Shown: piece after piece, positions 1 through 9,579 of the stretch
Layout: each line of letters starts with the position of its first letter
Numbering within the stretch: position 1 is the first letter of the stretch
Assembly (NCBI GenBank): GCA_947259725.1
Contig: CAMYNM010000015.1
Span: 4,227 to 68,226, forward strand
From: Thermoanaerobaculia bacterium
GTDB taxonomy: Bacteria > Acidobacteriota > Thermoanaerobaculia > Multivoradales > JAHEKO01
Reading direction: 5' to 3'
Length of the DNA: 64,000 nucleotides
Translations under genes and position numbers: made by a program
The notes under the pieces: generated by a model
Seen by the model: the letters and a program-made list of their open reading frames with translations, nothing else
What the model was told of the DNA's origin: nothing
Databases searched by the model: none

Positions 1-2421
1 GAAGTCGAGCTGAGCGATGGCTCGAACCTGGGCGAGGGCTTTCTGGTCTGGGAGTCCAATCGCACCGGTAAGTGGCGGATCTGGACGCGCGGGCTTTCGG
101 TGCCCGCAGCGCGCCAGCTCAGCCCGGACCAGGGAGCCAGCCCGCACTGCTGTCCGCACATCTCGCCCGATGGCGCCTGGGTCGCCTATCTGCGGCTCGA
201 CGGCGTCGGCGGCTACGCCGCCGGCGGCGCGACAGGCGAGCTGCGGCTGATCCGGCCGGACGGCACCGACGATCACGCGGTCGGGGGCCGCGCGCGAGCC
301 CTGCACGAGAATCGCGGTGTGGTCTGGCGCGACCCCAACGAGTTGATCTACCTGCGAGAGGATTTCAGCACCTGGTCGCTCGACATCCGCGACGGACGCA
401 CCGAAGAGCTCCTCGCAGCCTCTTCCGGCTTCGACACCCCCGAGCGCGGATGGCTCCTCAATCCGCAGCTTACTCACGCGGTCACAGGACACGCCGATTT
501 CTCACCGTACGACAGCTCGAGCCGGACGGTTGCGCGAAGAAACCCGCTGGGCGGCTGCCAGCCCTACTTTTCCCACGACGGCCGATGGGGATTCTGGACC
601 GCGGGAACCGGCGGGCCGATCTTCCGGATCGACCTCGCCACCGCAGAGCGGTCGACGATTCTTCGCAAGGCCGACCCGCGCGTGCCCCGAAGCCTCGGCT
701 ACGCCTACTTCCCGATGTTCTCCAAAGACGGCCGGCTCTTCACCTTCGCCGGCTCGCCGTACGTGCACGATCACTTCAAGGCCGACTACGAGGTCTTCGT
801 GGCGGAAGCCGACCCCGAGACCCTGGAGCTTCAAGGCAACGCGGTTCGCATGACCTTCGACCCCGGGACCGACCGCTTCCCCGACGTCTTCCTCGCGCCG
901 CTCGACCTGGGTCGCCATCGCGGCGAAGCTCCGTTCGAAGTTCGCTTCGCTCTCGCAACCGACCCGTCCGCATCCAAGGCGACCTGGACCTTCGATTTCG
1001 GCGACGGCTCGACCGGCGCCGGAACCACGATCAGCCACACTTACCGGAAGCCGGGCCGCTACGAGGTGCGAGCCGTGCCGGTGAATGGAAGCGACTCCGA
1101 GGCACGCCGTGGGCGAGTCGCCGTCGACGCGGCGGCCGGGCCGAAACCGGTCTCGGTTTCGCTCACCGACCGGGGGCGGACCGTCGTCGTCGGCTTCGAC
1201 GAAGCGATAACCGCGACCGAGCCCGAGATCGAGTTCGGCTCGGGTCGGCGGGTCACCGGCTGGTCGCTCGGGGTCGACGGACGTTCGCTGCTGATCACGC
1301 CGGAGACCCGAGTCGACCAATTCGAAACGATCACTCTGGGCCGGGTCGGCGACCACGCGCAGCGGGTCAACTGGATGGACAGGGCGTCGCTCGAGATCGA
1401 GCCGCCGCTCTGGCCGAGCAACCGCGACGGGCTGGTCTTCCTTTGGGAGACCGGCCGCGCCCCCAACCTGGTGGCGGATCCTTCCTCAGGCGCCGAACAA
1501 GCCTGCGTTGTCCACGCCAAGGGCGGCGCGCGTCTCGACCACGACTTCGCAATGGCACTCGGCGCCGGAAGCTTCGTCGCCGAGCAGAGCGACGCCGACC
1601 GGATCCTCAAGGCTTGCACCACGACCAACGCGTGCGGCGTCGAGGTGGTCATACGGCCGGAGGCGAGCACCGGAGACGGCCTCCGGGAGATCGTCTCGTT
1701 CTCGAACGGCAAGCCACACGGCGCCAATTTCGTCCTCGGGCAGCGGGGCGCGCGTCTGATCTTCCGCCCCCGATTGAGCGGCGGCGGCCCGGGCGCGCTT
1801 CCGGACGTCGATCTCGGCACGATTCCGGTCGGCGAAACCGCTCACGTCGTGGTTTCCTATGAAACCGGACGCTTGATCGCCTTCGTCAACGGCGTCGAGG
1901 TCGCCGACGAGGCTCCGCCCGGCGGCTTCTTCCACTGGCCGCGACGTTCTCTGATCCTCGGAAACGTCCCGTCCGGCGGCACTGCCTGGATCGGCGCGCT
2001 CGAAGGCCTGGCGATCTACGACCGCTTCATAGAGCGCGCCGAAGCGATCGAAAACCACCTGCGGTACCGCGAGACGCTCGCACAGCGCCCGGAGGTACCG
2101 CGCCTGGTGGTCGAGGCTACGCTTCTTACGAGCTCTCCGGCGCCGAGTCTGCAGGAGATCAGCCCCTACCGCGAGGCCCTTGCAGTCTCGGAGTACCGCA
2201 TTGACAGGGTGATCGAAGGACAGATTCCGGGCGAGCGGATCCGAGTCGCTCACTGGGTGATCCTCGACGGAGCCACGCTCGAAGCTGACACATTCGGCGT
2301 CGGGAGCCAGCGCACCTTGACGCTCGAGCCCTACGCCGACAACCCGCAGCTCGAGAGCACCTTCGTCGCCGACAGTCTGCCACCGGGGTCAGCGCCCCTC
2401 TTCTACGCCGTCTCGGACTGA
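1..2421 (+). CDS. Secreted multidomain protein with its 5' end outside the window: TolB-like beta-propeller repeats, a PKD domain and a LamG/concanavalin-like domain
   Basis: Frame 1 is open from base 1 (EVELSDGSNLGEGFLVWESNRTGKWRIWT, a TolB-type repeat), so the ATG at 100 is probably internal. PKD signature FDFGDGSTGAGTTISHTYRKPGRYEV. LamG-like LILGNVPSGGTAWIGALEGLAIYDRF. Stop at 2419-2421. Confidence 0.75.
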   Translation, partial: EVELSDGSNLGEGFLVWESNRTGKWRIWTRGLSVPAARQLSPDQGASPHCCPHISPDGAWVAYLRLDGVGGYAAGGATGELRLIRPDGTDDHAVGGRARALHENRGVVWRDPNELIYLREDFSTWSLDIRDGRTEELLAASSGFDTPERGWLLNPQLTHAVTGHADFSPYDSSSRTVARRNPLGGCQPYFSHDGRWGFWTAGTGGPIFRIDLATAERSTILRKADPRVPRSLGYAYFPMFSKDGRLFTFAGSPYVHDHFKADYEVFVAEADPETLELQGNAVRMTFDPGTDRFPDVFLAPLDLGRHRGEAPFEVRFALATDPSASKATWTFDFGDGSTGAGTTISHTYRKPGRYEVRAVPVNGSDSEARRGRVAVDAAAGPKPVSVSLTDRGRTVVVGFDEAITATEPEIEFGSGRRVTGWSLGVDGRSLLITPETRVDQFETITLGRVGDHAQRVNWMDRASLEIEPPLWPSNRDGLVFLWETGRAPNLVADPSSGAEQACVVHAKGGARLDHDFAMALGAGSFVAEQSDADRILKACTTTNACGVEVVIRPEASTGDGLREIVSFSNGKPHGANFVLGQRGARLIFRPRLSGGGPGALPDVDLGTIPVGETAHVVVSYETGRLIAFVNGVEVADEAPPGGFFHWPRRSLILGNVPSGGTAWIGALEGLAIYDRFIERAEAIENHLRYRETLAQRPEVPRLVVEATLLTSSPAPSLQEISPYREALAVSEYRIDRVIEGQIPGERIRVAHWVILDGATLEADTFGVGSQRTLTLEPYADNPQLESTFVADSLPPGSAPLFYAVSD

Positions 2422-2427
2422 CAGCTC

Positions 2428-3897
2428 GTGGTCTTCAGCTCGCACGTCTTCGTCTACGGCTTCCTGCCGATCGCGCTCCTTGGGTACTACCTGCTGCCGA
2501 GGGCGCTGAAGCATCTCGGTCTGACCGCACTGAGCTACGCCTTCTACGGTTGGGCCAACCCGGCCTTCATGGTGCTGATGCTCACCTCCACCGCGATCGA
2601 CTACGCTTGCGGGCTTACGATCGCGGGAGCGTGGGGGCGTCGGGGAAAGCTCGCGCCGCTCGAGCCGGCGAGCGAGGGCGGCTCGCGCACCAGGAAGCAG
2701 CGAGTCGCGGTCACCGTGTCGATCGTTTCGAATCTGACTCTCCTGGGCGTCTTCAAGTACTTCAACTTCGCCGTAGACAACTACAACGCGGTCGTCACCT
2801 GGTTGGACATGCCCGACCAGGCGTTGAGCTCGGCGCTCCATGTCGTCCTGCCGCTCGGCATCAGCTTCTACACGTTCCAGTCGATGAGCTATTCGATCGA
2901 CGTCTATCGGGGACACGCGCCGGCACTGCGCAACCCGATCGACTTCGCCTGCTACGTATCGATGTTCCCCCAGTTGGTGGCCGGACCGATCATCCGCTTC
3001 TCGGAGATTCACGACCAGCTGAGGCAGCGCACCCACACCCTCGAGAAGTTCTCCAGAGGCGCGGCATTCGTCTGCCTCGGACTGGCCAAGAAGATCATCC
3101 TCGCCAACCCCTGCGGCAAGATCGCCGACACGACATTCGATGCCGGCTCGGTGCTGGCCCTGGACGCCTGGTACGGCGTGACCGCCTACGCGTTTCAGAT
3201 CTACTTCGACTTCAGCGCCTATTCCGACCTGGCGATCGGACTGGGCCTGATGCTCGGTTTCGTGTTCCCCAAGAACTTCGACTCACCCTACAAGTCGGCG
3301 TCGATCACCGAATTCTGGCGGCGCTGGCACATCTCGCTCTCCACGTGGCTTCGGGATTACCTCTACAAGCCGCTCGGCGGCAACCGACGCGGCCCCCGTC
3401 GCACGTACCTGAATCTCGCCCTGGTCATGCTCCTCGGCGGACTCTGGCACGGCGCCGCCTGGAACTTCGTCGCTTGGGGCGCTCTCCACGGTCTGCTCCT
3501 CGCCCTCGAGCGATCCCGTGGGAAACGGTCCCTGTTCGATCGGCTGCCCCGCGGATGGGCGATCGCGGCGACATTTCTTCTGGTGCTCGTGTCATGGGTC
3601 TTCTTCCGCGCCGAGAATCTCCAGGCCTCTCTGACCTATCTGGCCGCCATGTTCGGAGCGACCGGAGCGACCGGAGCGGGGACCTCCGCCGTTCTGCTCG
3701 GCGGTCTGATCTACCGCCCCTACTACCTGCTCAGCTTTGCCATCGCGGCGGTGGTCGCGTTTGGCGCGCCCCAGACCTGGGACTGGACTCGCCGGCTGCA
3801 GCCGTGGAAGGCGATCGCCTGCCTCGCCCTCTTCTGGCTGTCGCTGGCGCTGCTGACCGGCCAGTCCTATAACCCCTTCATCTATTTCATCTTCTAG
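2428..3897 (+). CDS. MBOAT-family membrane O-acyltransferase (AlgI/DltB/PatA-like)
   Basis: GTG start giving MVFSSHVF. MBOAT motifs FYTFQSMSYSIDVYRG, WRRWHISLSTWLRDYLY and LWHGAAWNF. Multi-pass hydrophobic protein lying 6 nt after the upstream gene. Confidence 0.9.
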   Translation: MVFSSHVFVYGFLPIALLGYYLLPRALKHLGLTALSYAFYGWANPAFMVLMLTSTAIDYACGLTIAGAWGRRGKLAPLEPASEGGSRTRKQRVAVTVSIVSNLTLLGVFKYFNFAVDNYNAVVTWLDMPDQALSSALHVVLPLGISFYTFQSMSYSIDVYRGHAPALRNPIDFACYVSMFPQLVAGPIIRFSEIHDQLRQRTHTLEKFSRGAAFVCLGLAKKIILANPCGKIADTTFDAGSVLALDAWYGVTAYAFQIYFDFSAYSDLAIGLGLMLGFVFPKNFDSPYKSASITEFWRRWHISLSTWLRDYLYKPLGGNRRGPRRTYLNLALVMLLGGLWHGAAWNFVAWGALHGLLLALERSRGKRSLFDRLPRGWAIAATFLLVLVSWVFFRAENLQASLTYLAAMFGATGATGAGTSAVLLGGLIYRPYYLLSFAIAAVVAFGAPQTWDWTRRLQPWKAIACLALFWLSLALLTGQSYNPFIYFIF

Positions 3898-3899
3898 AT

Positions 3900-5192
3900 A
3901 TGAATACCCGCACCGTCGTCGAAACGCCAATCCCGGAGCGCGAGGCCCAGGCTCTGAGAGAGGTGGGTACGACCCGAATCGGTCCCTGGACCGCGATCCT
4001 GCTTTCCTTCGCGGTCCTCGGCACGATCTCGGCCGTGCCGTTGTTTCAGGCGCTCGCCGATCTGCGCAATCCCGCCGCCGATCGACTCGCCCCCCGGCTT
4101 GTCCGCCTCGCGTCGGACGCGGCCGGAACCGTCACATTGCTTCGAACCTCCGGGTTCTTAGCGGTCAACAGGGGGCTCCAGGACGCCGTCGACAGCTTCG
4201 AGACCCGGGTCGAGGAGGAATCGATTCTGCGTGACCGGATCCTGCCGCCGGCTCAGCGCGTTCTCACCGACTTTCTCGGCGTCGGCAACGAGCAAGCCTA
4301 CCTGGGGCGCGAGGGCTGGCTCTTCTATCGTGAGGACTTCGAGCATGTCGCCGGTCGAGCGTTTCTCGACGTCGAGGCCTTGGAAGACAGCGAACGGTCG
4401 GCCGATCCGCTGCCGGCGATCCGGGAGCTCCAGGCCGAGTTGGCGCGCCGCGGGGCCGCGCTGGTGATTCTCCCGACCCCGGTCAAGCCCACCCTTCATC
4501 CCGAGCGCTTCGCGGCGAGGGCGAATCCTCGAGCCGCGCTCCACAATCGGTCGTACCCCGAGTTTCTCGATCGGCTGCGATCCTCAGGCGTCGAGTTTCT
4601 CGACCCTTCCGCGCCGCTGCTGGAGGCGAAGCTTCGCTCCGGCGAGCCGCTCTTCCTGCGCAGCGACACCCACTGGACGCCCGAAGCCATGGATCTGGTT
4701 GCGCGGGCTCTGGCCGACCGCGCGAACCACCTGGTCGCCTGGAACCGGCCACGACGTGAGTTTCGCCGACGCGAAACACCGGTCGTGGGATCCGGCGACA
4801 TCACCGCGATGCTCAAGATGTCCCACATCGAGCGAAGGTTTCCATCCGAGCGGGTCGTCACGTCGCGAGTCGTCGGCTCCGACGGCCGCTCGTGGAGGTC
4901 GTCACCCGATGCCGAGCTTCTCGTCCTCGGCGACAGCTTCACCAACGTTTATTCGGATCCCGGACTGGGCTGGGGCGCGGGCGCCGGACTGGCCGAGCAG
5001 TTGAGCTTTCACCTCCAGCGCCCGGTGGACCGGGTCGCGGTCAACGCCGGCGGCGCGCTGAGCTCGCGACAGGCCCTCGCGCGGGCGCTCGAAGGCGACC
5101 CGGCGAGACTCGGCGCGACACGTATCGTCGTCTATCAGTTCGCCGCACGCGAGCTCTCGACCGGCGACTGGCAGGTTGTGCCGCTACCCTAG
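3900..5192 (+). CDS. AlgJ/AlgX-like O-acetyltransferase partner (SGNH-like periplasmic domain with one N-terminal TM helix)
   Basis: Starts 2 nt after the MBOAT stop. N-terminal TM segment WTAILLSFAVLGTISAVPLF. FLRSDTHWTPEAM matches the D-x-H-W motif of AlgJ/AlgX N-terminal domains. Confidence 0.7.
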   Translation: MNTRTVVETPIPEREAQALREVGTTRIGPWTAILLSFAVLGTISAVPLFQALADLRNPAADRLAPRLVRLASDAAGTVTLLRTSGFLAVNRGLQDAVDSFETRVEEESILRDRILPPAQRVLTDFLGVGNEQAYLGREGWLFYREDFEHVAGRAFLDVEALEDSERSADPLPAIRELQAELARRGAALVILPTPVKPTLHPERFAARANPRAALHNRSYPEFLDRLRSSGVEFLDPSAPLLEAKLRSGEPLFLRSDTHWTPEAMDLVARALADRANHLVAWNRPRREFRRRETPVVGSGDITAMLKMSHIERRFPSERVVTSRVVGSDGRSWRSSPDAELLVLGDSFTNVYSDPGLGWGAGAGLAEQLSFHLQRPVDRVAVNAGGALSSRQALARALEGDPARLGATRIVVYQFAARELSTGDWQVVPLP

Positions 5193-5309
5193 GAGCTTGC
5201 GCAAGAACCCGGCGAGTCGCGCAACCACTTGGCGCCCTTCGGGTTGCGGCGGCCGAGCGGGCCGGTGCGTTATGATATTTCGCAAGTCGGACCCAGGAGG
5301 AGTGGGCGT

Positions 5310-6164
5310 TTGATTACTGCAGTGACCTCGAGGAAGGGTGGTGTCTCCAAAACGACCACCGCCGTCAGCGTGGCCGCGGCCCTCGCGGGCATCGGCAAGC
5401 GAGTGCTCCTGGTGGACCTCGACAGCCAGGCTTCGGCCTCCCTGTCCCTGGGCGTGCCCCGCTCGGCGCTGTTTCCCTGTCTCGCCGACATCCTGATGGG
5501 ATCGCGACCGGCAGCCGACACGATCCGATCGACCGCAACTCTCGGTCTCGACCTGATCACCGCTTCCGCCGATCTGCAGAGCTTCGAGCTGCAGATGGGC
5601 GGCCAGCCGGGCCGGGAGTCGGCTCTGAAAGAGGCGCTCGCTCCAATCGCGCCGCGCTACGACTTCATCCTGCTCGATTGCCCGCCCAACCAGTCGCTCC
5701 TCGCCCTCAACGGGCTGGTTGCCGCCGACAACTTCGTGGTGCCCATCGTGCCGAACTATCTCGCCGTCCAGAGCCTCGAGCCCCTGTTGTGGGCCGCAAA
5801 ACGGCTACCCGCGGCGCACGGCGTGAGACCACGACTTCTGGGAATCGTGCTCACCCAGGTCGACTACCGCACGCGCTCCGCGCGCGATCATGTCAACCGC
5901 ATACGCGAGCGCTTCGGCGATGCGGTCTTCGCCGTCGAGATCCGGATCAACGTACGGCTGGCCGAGGCTCCCGAATCCGGCCAGACGATCTTCGAGTTCG
6001 ACTCGAAGTCGGGAGGCGCCAAGGCCTACCGGCTCCTCGCTGCCGAAATGCTGATGCGAGCCCGAGCCCCTGAGGTGCCGAAGACCTCCACTCCGGGACG
6101 CAAGGTCACCCGGGTGGGCTTCCCGACGACCCCGCAGTCCCTCGGACGGACCGACCTCAACTAA
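5310..6164 (+). CDS. ParA/MinD-family P-loop ATPase (orphan, no parB seen)
   Basis: Deviant Walker A SRKGGVSKTTTAVSVAAALA followed by LLVDLDSQASAS. TTG start at 5310 chosen because AGGAGG (5295-5300) lies 9 nt upstream and a TATGAT box sits at 5271-5276. The track start at 5229 lies upstream of that box. Confidence 0.85.
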   Translation: MITAVTSRKGGVSKTTTAVSVAAALAGIGKRVLLVDLDSQASASLSLGVPRSALFPCLADILMGSRPAADTIRSTATLGLDLITASADLQSFELQMGGQPGRESALKEALAPIAPRYDFILLDCPPNQSLLALNGLVAADNFVVPIVPNYLAVQSLEPLLWAAKRLPAAHGVRPRLLGIVLTQVDYRTRSARDHVNRIRERFGDAVFAVEIRINVRLAEAPESGQTIFEFDSKSGGAKAYRLLAAEMLMRARAPEVPKTSTPGRKVTRVGFPTTPQSLGRTDLN

Positions 6165-6177
6165 GAGCGACTCGCCC

Positions 6178-6194
6178 GCCCGCGTGAAGCGGGC
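6178..6194 (+). terminator. Hairpin in the convergent gap after the ParA-like gene
   Basis: GCCCGC-GTGAA-GCGGGC (6 bp stem) followed by TCTAAAT. The T-tract is weak. Confidence 0.35.
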
Positions 6195-6206
6195 TCTAAA
6201 TGCGGC

Positions 6207-6425
6207 TCAAGCCCTCCGCAGCGCACGCGTACGCGAGCGCCAGACCACAAGATACGCTGCGGCTCCGAGAATGTAGGTGCTCACGATCACCAGCACCCAT
6301 ACCAGCTTGTCGATGTCCTTTTCGTGATCCCGGATCGCGCAGTCAATCAGCGCCCAGAACCACAGCACGGTGAGCGCGACGCCCGCACCGATGATCAGAA
6401 TCTCCGTCCAACCGACGCCAAGCAT
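6207..6425 (-). CDS. PLDc_N-domain small membrane protein
   Basis: WFWALIDCAIRD and two TM helices are typical of the PLD-nuclease-N small membrane family. ATG at 6425 preferred over the track start at 6446 because GAGGAGGA lies 5-6 nt upstream of it. Confidence 0.75.
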   Translation of the reverse strand: MLGVGWTEILIIGAGVALTVLWFWALIDCAIRDHEKDIDKLVWVLVIVSTYILGAAAYLVVWRSRTRALRRA

Positions 6426-6540
6426 GTTCGTTTCCTCCTCGTTCACAGTACGTGCGAGAAGACTCCGGTATTCAGTCGGCGCCCCGAACTCGTCGAACTC
6501 CTAGTCCGAGCCGACGTATACTTTCACGAGGGTCGACCAC

Positions 6541-7842
6541 GTGCTCACTCAAGCCTCCGCCTTCCGACTCGCCGGCACTCTGGTGCTCTGCGGCCTGCTG
6601 TCGCCTCTCACGTCTTCAGGGGCGCTCCTAGCTCACGAACCGAGGCCGGAAGCAGTCGAGGAAGCGATCCGCAGGAGCCTCCCGATCCTGCAGTCCGACG
6701 GCGAGGCCTGGCTGGAGGGCCGGATCCCGATTCAGGGCGGACAAGGCTGCGTTTCGTGCCATCAGGTGCCCTTTGGCATCTGGGGCCTCGAGGAAGCCGG
6801 GCGTGCCGGCATCGTGCTCGACGCGGCTCGAAGCGCCGACTTGGCCCGCCGAGCCGCGGAATTCATCGCCTCACCAGGCACTGCGCGGGCGATGTCATGG
6901 GGGCCGTTGGTTTTAGCAGCAAGCGATTCGGAGCAGATGATCCACGCCGGTTTTCCGGCCTTCGCGCTACAAGCGCAGGGGCCCGACGGCCACTGGGACG
7001 CCAAGGGACAGTTCCCCGAACAGAGGCGACCGCTGGCCGAGACCAACGCGGTGGCGACCATGTGGACGATGCTCGCTTTGCGTTCGTTCGGCGCGCCTGA
7101 GGCGGCCGCAGATTCGTCCACAGATGCAATTACCAAGACGATCGAGCGAGCCTACCGGTCGCTCACCGGCCGCGAAGGCGGCGAGAGCACCGAGTACGTA
7201 CTGCTTCGCTCGCTGATCGAAGAGCGGCTCGGCCAGTCCGCCGCAGGCAAGGACCTCCTCGATCGCCTCCTCGCGCGCCAGAACGCGGACGGCGGCTGGA
7301 GCTGGCTGCCGAACGAGGAGAGCAATGCGCTCTCGACCGGCCAGGTCCTCTACCGGCTGAGTCTCGTGCGGCCGCCGCGGACTCCCGAGCAAGACAGAGC
7401 GGTCGAACGCGCGACGGCCTACCTGGTCGAGACCCAGGCCGAGGGCGGGCTCTGGCCGGTCGCCAGCGTCCTCACCAGCGAGGGCGCGAAGCCAAGTAAG
7501 GACTACGTGTACAGCTACTGGGGCACGGCCTGGGCCACGATCGGGCTGGCTCGCACGCGCCCTCCGGATGATCCGATCGCGCCACGCAGGCTGAGCGAGC
7601 GGATGACGATCTCGCTCGTCGAGGCGCCGTTGAGGGTCGTTGCGTCCTATTTCGCGGCTCGGCTCGGCGCCGAGCTCGATCTGGACACCGAGCTCCTGGC
7701 CCGACCGGTGACCATCGAGCTCGACCATCAGAGTCTGAGAATCGGACTCGACGCCCTGTGCGATCAGATCCGGTGTGCCTGGCGTCTGGACCTCTCGCGG
7801 CGGCCACCGCGGCTGCAGTTCGTTCGCCGAGAAGCCCTGTAG
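6541..7842 (+). CDS. Secreted protein with a CxxCH heme-c-type motif and prenyltransferase/terpene-cyclase-like (alpha-alpha toroid) repeats
   Basis: Signal peptide. GGQGCVSCHQVPFG (CxxCH). Repeats QGPDGHWD, QNADGGWSW and QAEGGLWPV resemble squalene-cyclase/prenyltransferase repeats. Confidence 0.6.
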   Translation: MLTQASAFRLAGTLVLCGLLSPLTSSGALLAHEPRPEAVEEAIRRSLPILQSDGEAWLEGRIPIQGGQGCVSCHQVPFGIWGLEEAGRAGIVLDAARSADLARRAAEFIASPGTARAMSWGPLVLAASDSEQMIHAGFPAFALQAQGPDGHWDAKGQFPEQRRPLAETNAVATMWTMLALRSFGAPEAAADSSTDAITKTIERAYRSLTGREGGESTEYVLLRSLIEERLGQSAAGKDLLDRLLARQNADGGWSWLPNEESNALSTGQVLYRLSLVRPPRTPEQDRAVERATAYLVETQAEGGLWPVASVLTSEGAKPSKDYVYSYWGTAWATIGLARTRPPDDPIAPRRLSERMTISLVEAPLRVVASYFAARLGAELDLDTELLARPVTIELDHQSLRIGLDALCDQIRCAWRLDLSRRPPRLQFVRREAL

Positions 7843-7847
7843 GCACG

Positions 7848-8324
7848 ATGGAGTCGACCGAGCGGGACGCCGCCGCGGTCAGAATCCCGCCGCCCCTCGT
7901 GTATCTCACCGCGATCCTCGCGGGCGTCCTGCTGCAGCGCTACGCGCTCACGCTGCCGCTGGGCCTCAGCGACACGCTCCGGATCACCGCCGGCGCCGGC
8001 GCGACGCTCTTCGGCTTCGGCCTGCTGGTCGTCGCCGCGGCGCTTTTTCGCCGCACCGGACAGGACCCGAAGCCCTGGACCAGCACGCCCGCGATCATCT
8101 CGACCGGCGCCTACCGGCTCTCTCGCAACCCAATCTATCTCGGCATGGCGCTGATCCAGGCCGCCGTAGGGCTGCTCGCCGCCAACGGCTGGATCCTGCT
8201 GTCGCTCCCGCTGGTTCTCATGGCGATCCAGGTCACCGCCATCCGGCACGAGGAAGCCTATCTCGAGCGCAAGTTTGGCGACGCCTACCTACGCTACAAG
8301 GACTCGGTCCGGCGCTGGCTCTAG
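7848..8324 (+). CDS. Isoprenylcysteine carboxyl / phospholipid methyltransferase-family membrane protein
   Basis: GAYRLSRNPIYLGMAL motif and a hydrophobic profile. ATG at 7848 lies just after the upstream stop (7842). The track start at 7758 overlaps the previous gene. Confidence 0.8.
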   Translation: MESTERDAAAVRIPPPLVYLTAILAGVLLQRYALTLPLGLSDTLRITAGAGATLFGFGLLVVAAALFRRTGQDPKPWTSTPAIISTGAYRLSRNPIYLGMALIQAAVGLLAANGWILLSLPLVLMAIQVTAIRHEEAYLERKFGDAYLRYKDSVRRWL

Positions 8325-8351
8325 GAGCTCTTGACCGGACGAGCCACCTGA

Positions 8352-8915
8352 CTACCGGGTACGCGAGCGCCAGTCCTGCTCGAGAAGGCCAAAAAACGCC
8401 GAATCGAAGAGCTCACCGGCCACCACCCAGCGCTCCCTGAGATATCCCTCACGCACGAAGCCGAGCCGCTCGAGCAGGGTGATCGACGCCTGGTTGCCCG
8501 GATCGACGTCCGCCTCCAACCGATGGAGACCCATGCCGGAAAAGGCGAACTCGAGGAGAGCCGCGAGTCCTTCCGTCATCCAACCCTTTCCCCAGTGGTC
8601 CCTGGCGAGCGCGAAGCCGATCTCCGCGCGACGGCTCTGGTGATTGATCTGCCAGATCGTGCAGGTTCCGATGACCTTGTCGTCTTCGGCACGGCATAGG
8701 CCCCACTGCAAGAACCGCTGGGTCTCAAGGCCCTTCGCGATGTCGTCCAGGTACTCTCCGACCTGCCCCTCGCGGGTGAACGGAGGATGACTCCAGTAGC
8801 GCATCACCTCAGGGTCCGAGAAGATGGCAAACAACGAATCGGCGTCGTCGCGGTTCAATGCCCGCAGCCGAACCCGCCCGTTTTCGAGGACCGGAAGAGC
8901 CTCCAACCGAGTCAT
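8352..8915 (-). CDS. GNAT N-acetyltransferase (RimJ/RimL-like)
   Basis: LRALNRDDADSLFAIFSDPEVMRYW, WGKGWMTEGLAALLEFAF and HRLEADVDPGNQASITLLERLGF are typical of Acetyltransf_3/GNAT proteins. Confidence 0.85.
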   Translation of the reverse strand: MTRLEALPVLENGRVRLRALNRDDADSLFAIFSDPEVMRYWSHPPFTREGQVGEYLDDIAKGLETQRFLQWGLCRAEDDKVIGTCTIWQINHQSRRAEIGFALARDHWGKGWMTEGLAALLEFAFSGMGLHRLEADVDPGNQASITLLERLGFVREGYLRERWVVAGELFDSAFFGLLEQDWRSRTR

Positions 8916-8931
8916 CGACTCCGCGCCCGCG

Positions 8932-9489
8932 TCACCCAGCTCTGTTCAGCAGCGGAAAGTAGCGTTGCTTGAGAAGCCGAAGATGATGCAGCTCGTGGCC
9001 CGCGATGTGAAACGCCAACCCTCGCACCGAGACCGGGTATCCTGAAACCACGCCGCGGCGCAGCCAAGTCGCCTCGGAGAGGCCCGAAAACAGGGCAATC
9101 GAGGCTCGCCGAACCGCCCGATACTCCGCGATCAGATCGGTGAGGCGGCGCGATTCGAAACCGGCCCCGCGCAGGTAGGCGTTCTCGTCGAAGCCCGGCA
9201 GGGGGCGCTCGTCTCCGCGAGCGATGCACAGGGCGCGGTACGCGAAGATGCGCTCGTCATCCGCGAGATGGCCCAGGATCTCCTTGACCGTCCATTTCCC
9301 CTGAGCGTAGGTGAGACCTGCGACCTGGTTCTCCCTGAGCTCGCCGAAAGTGCCCGAGACCGCCTCGAACTGGGACGCCAGCGCGACGACCGCGTCGTCG
9401 CCGGCGACGCTGCCGATGTCGGCCTCGGCGTACGGAGCGAACTCACCGGCCTCGGGGCGGCCGGACGGCGCTAGGGAAAACTCGCGCAT
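8932..9489 (-). CDS. DinB-family (DinB_2) metal-dependent four-helix-bundle protein
   Basis: KEILGHLADDERIF and HIAGHELHHLRLL His motifs. ATG at 9489 chosen as the start, with a CTAGAAA box 8 nt upstream. Confidence 0.8.
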   Translation of the reverse strand: MREFSLAPSGRPEAGEFAPYAEADIGSVAGDDAVVALASQFEAVSGTFGELRENQVAGLTYAQGKWTVKEILGHLADDERIFAYRALCIARGDERPLPGFDENAYLRGAGFESRRLTDLIAEYRAVRRASIALFSGLSEATWLRRGVVSGYPVSVRGLAFHIAGHELHHLRLLKQRYFPLLNRAG

Positions 9490-9528
9490 GCCCGTCGTTT
9501 CTAGCAGAACATTCGCCCGCCGCCTGTT

Positions 9529-9546
9529 CCCCGCTCCACAGCGGGG
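9529..9546 (-). terminator. Hairpin downstream of the peroxiredoxin gene
   Basis: CCCCGCT-GTGG-AGCGGGG (7 bp GC stem) lies 34 nt after the stop. There is no clear U-tract. Confidence 0.35.
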
Positions 9547-9579
9547 CCGGGCTTGTGCGACCGCCACCGTGAGACGACC

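Noticed and set aside
72-1862. Long ORFs in alternative or antisense frames of clearly assignable genes, for example 72-1862 (+), 16575-17828 (+), 24790-26214 (-), 30572-31864 (-), 34269-35837 (+), 41504-42625 (-), 54274-55527 (-) and 62346-63884 (+).
   Set aside because: Their products are Arg/Pro/Gly/Ala-rich and low in complexity, with no motifs. They overlap genes with strong family signatures and correct GC3 bias. These are the expected shadow ORFs of high-GC DNA.
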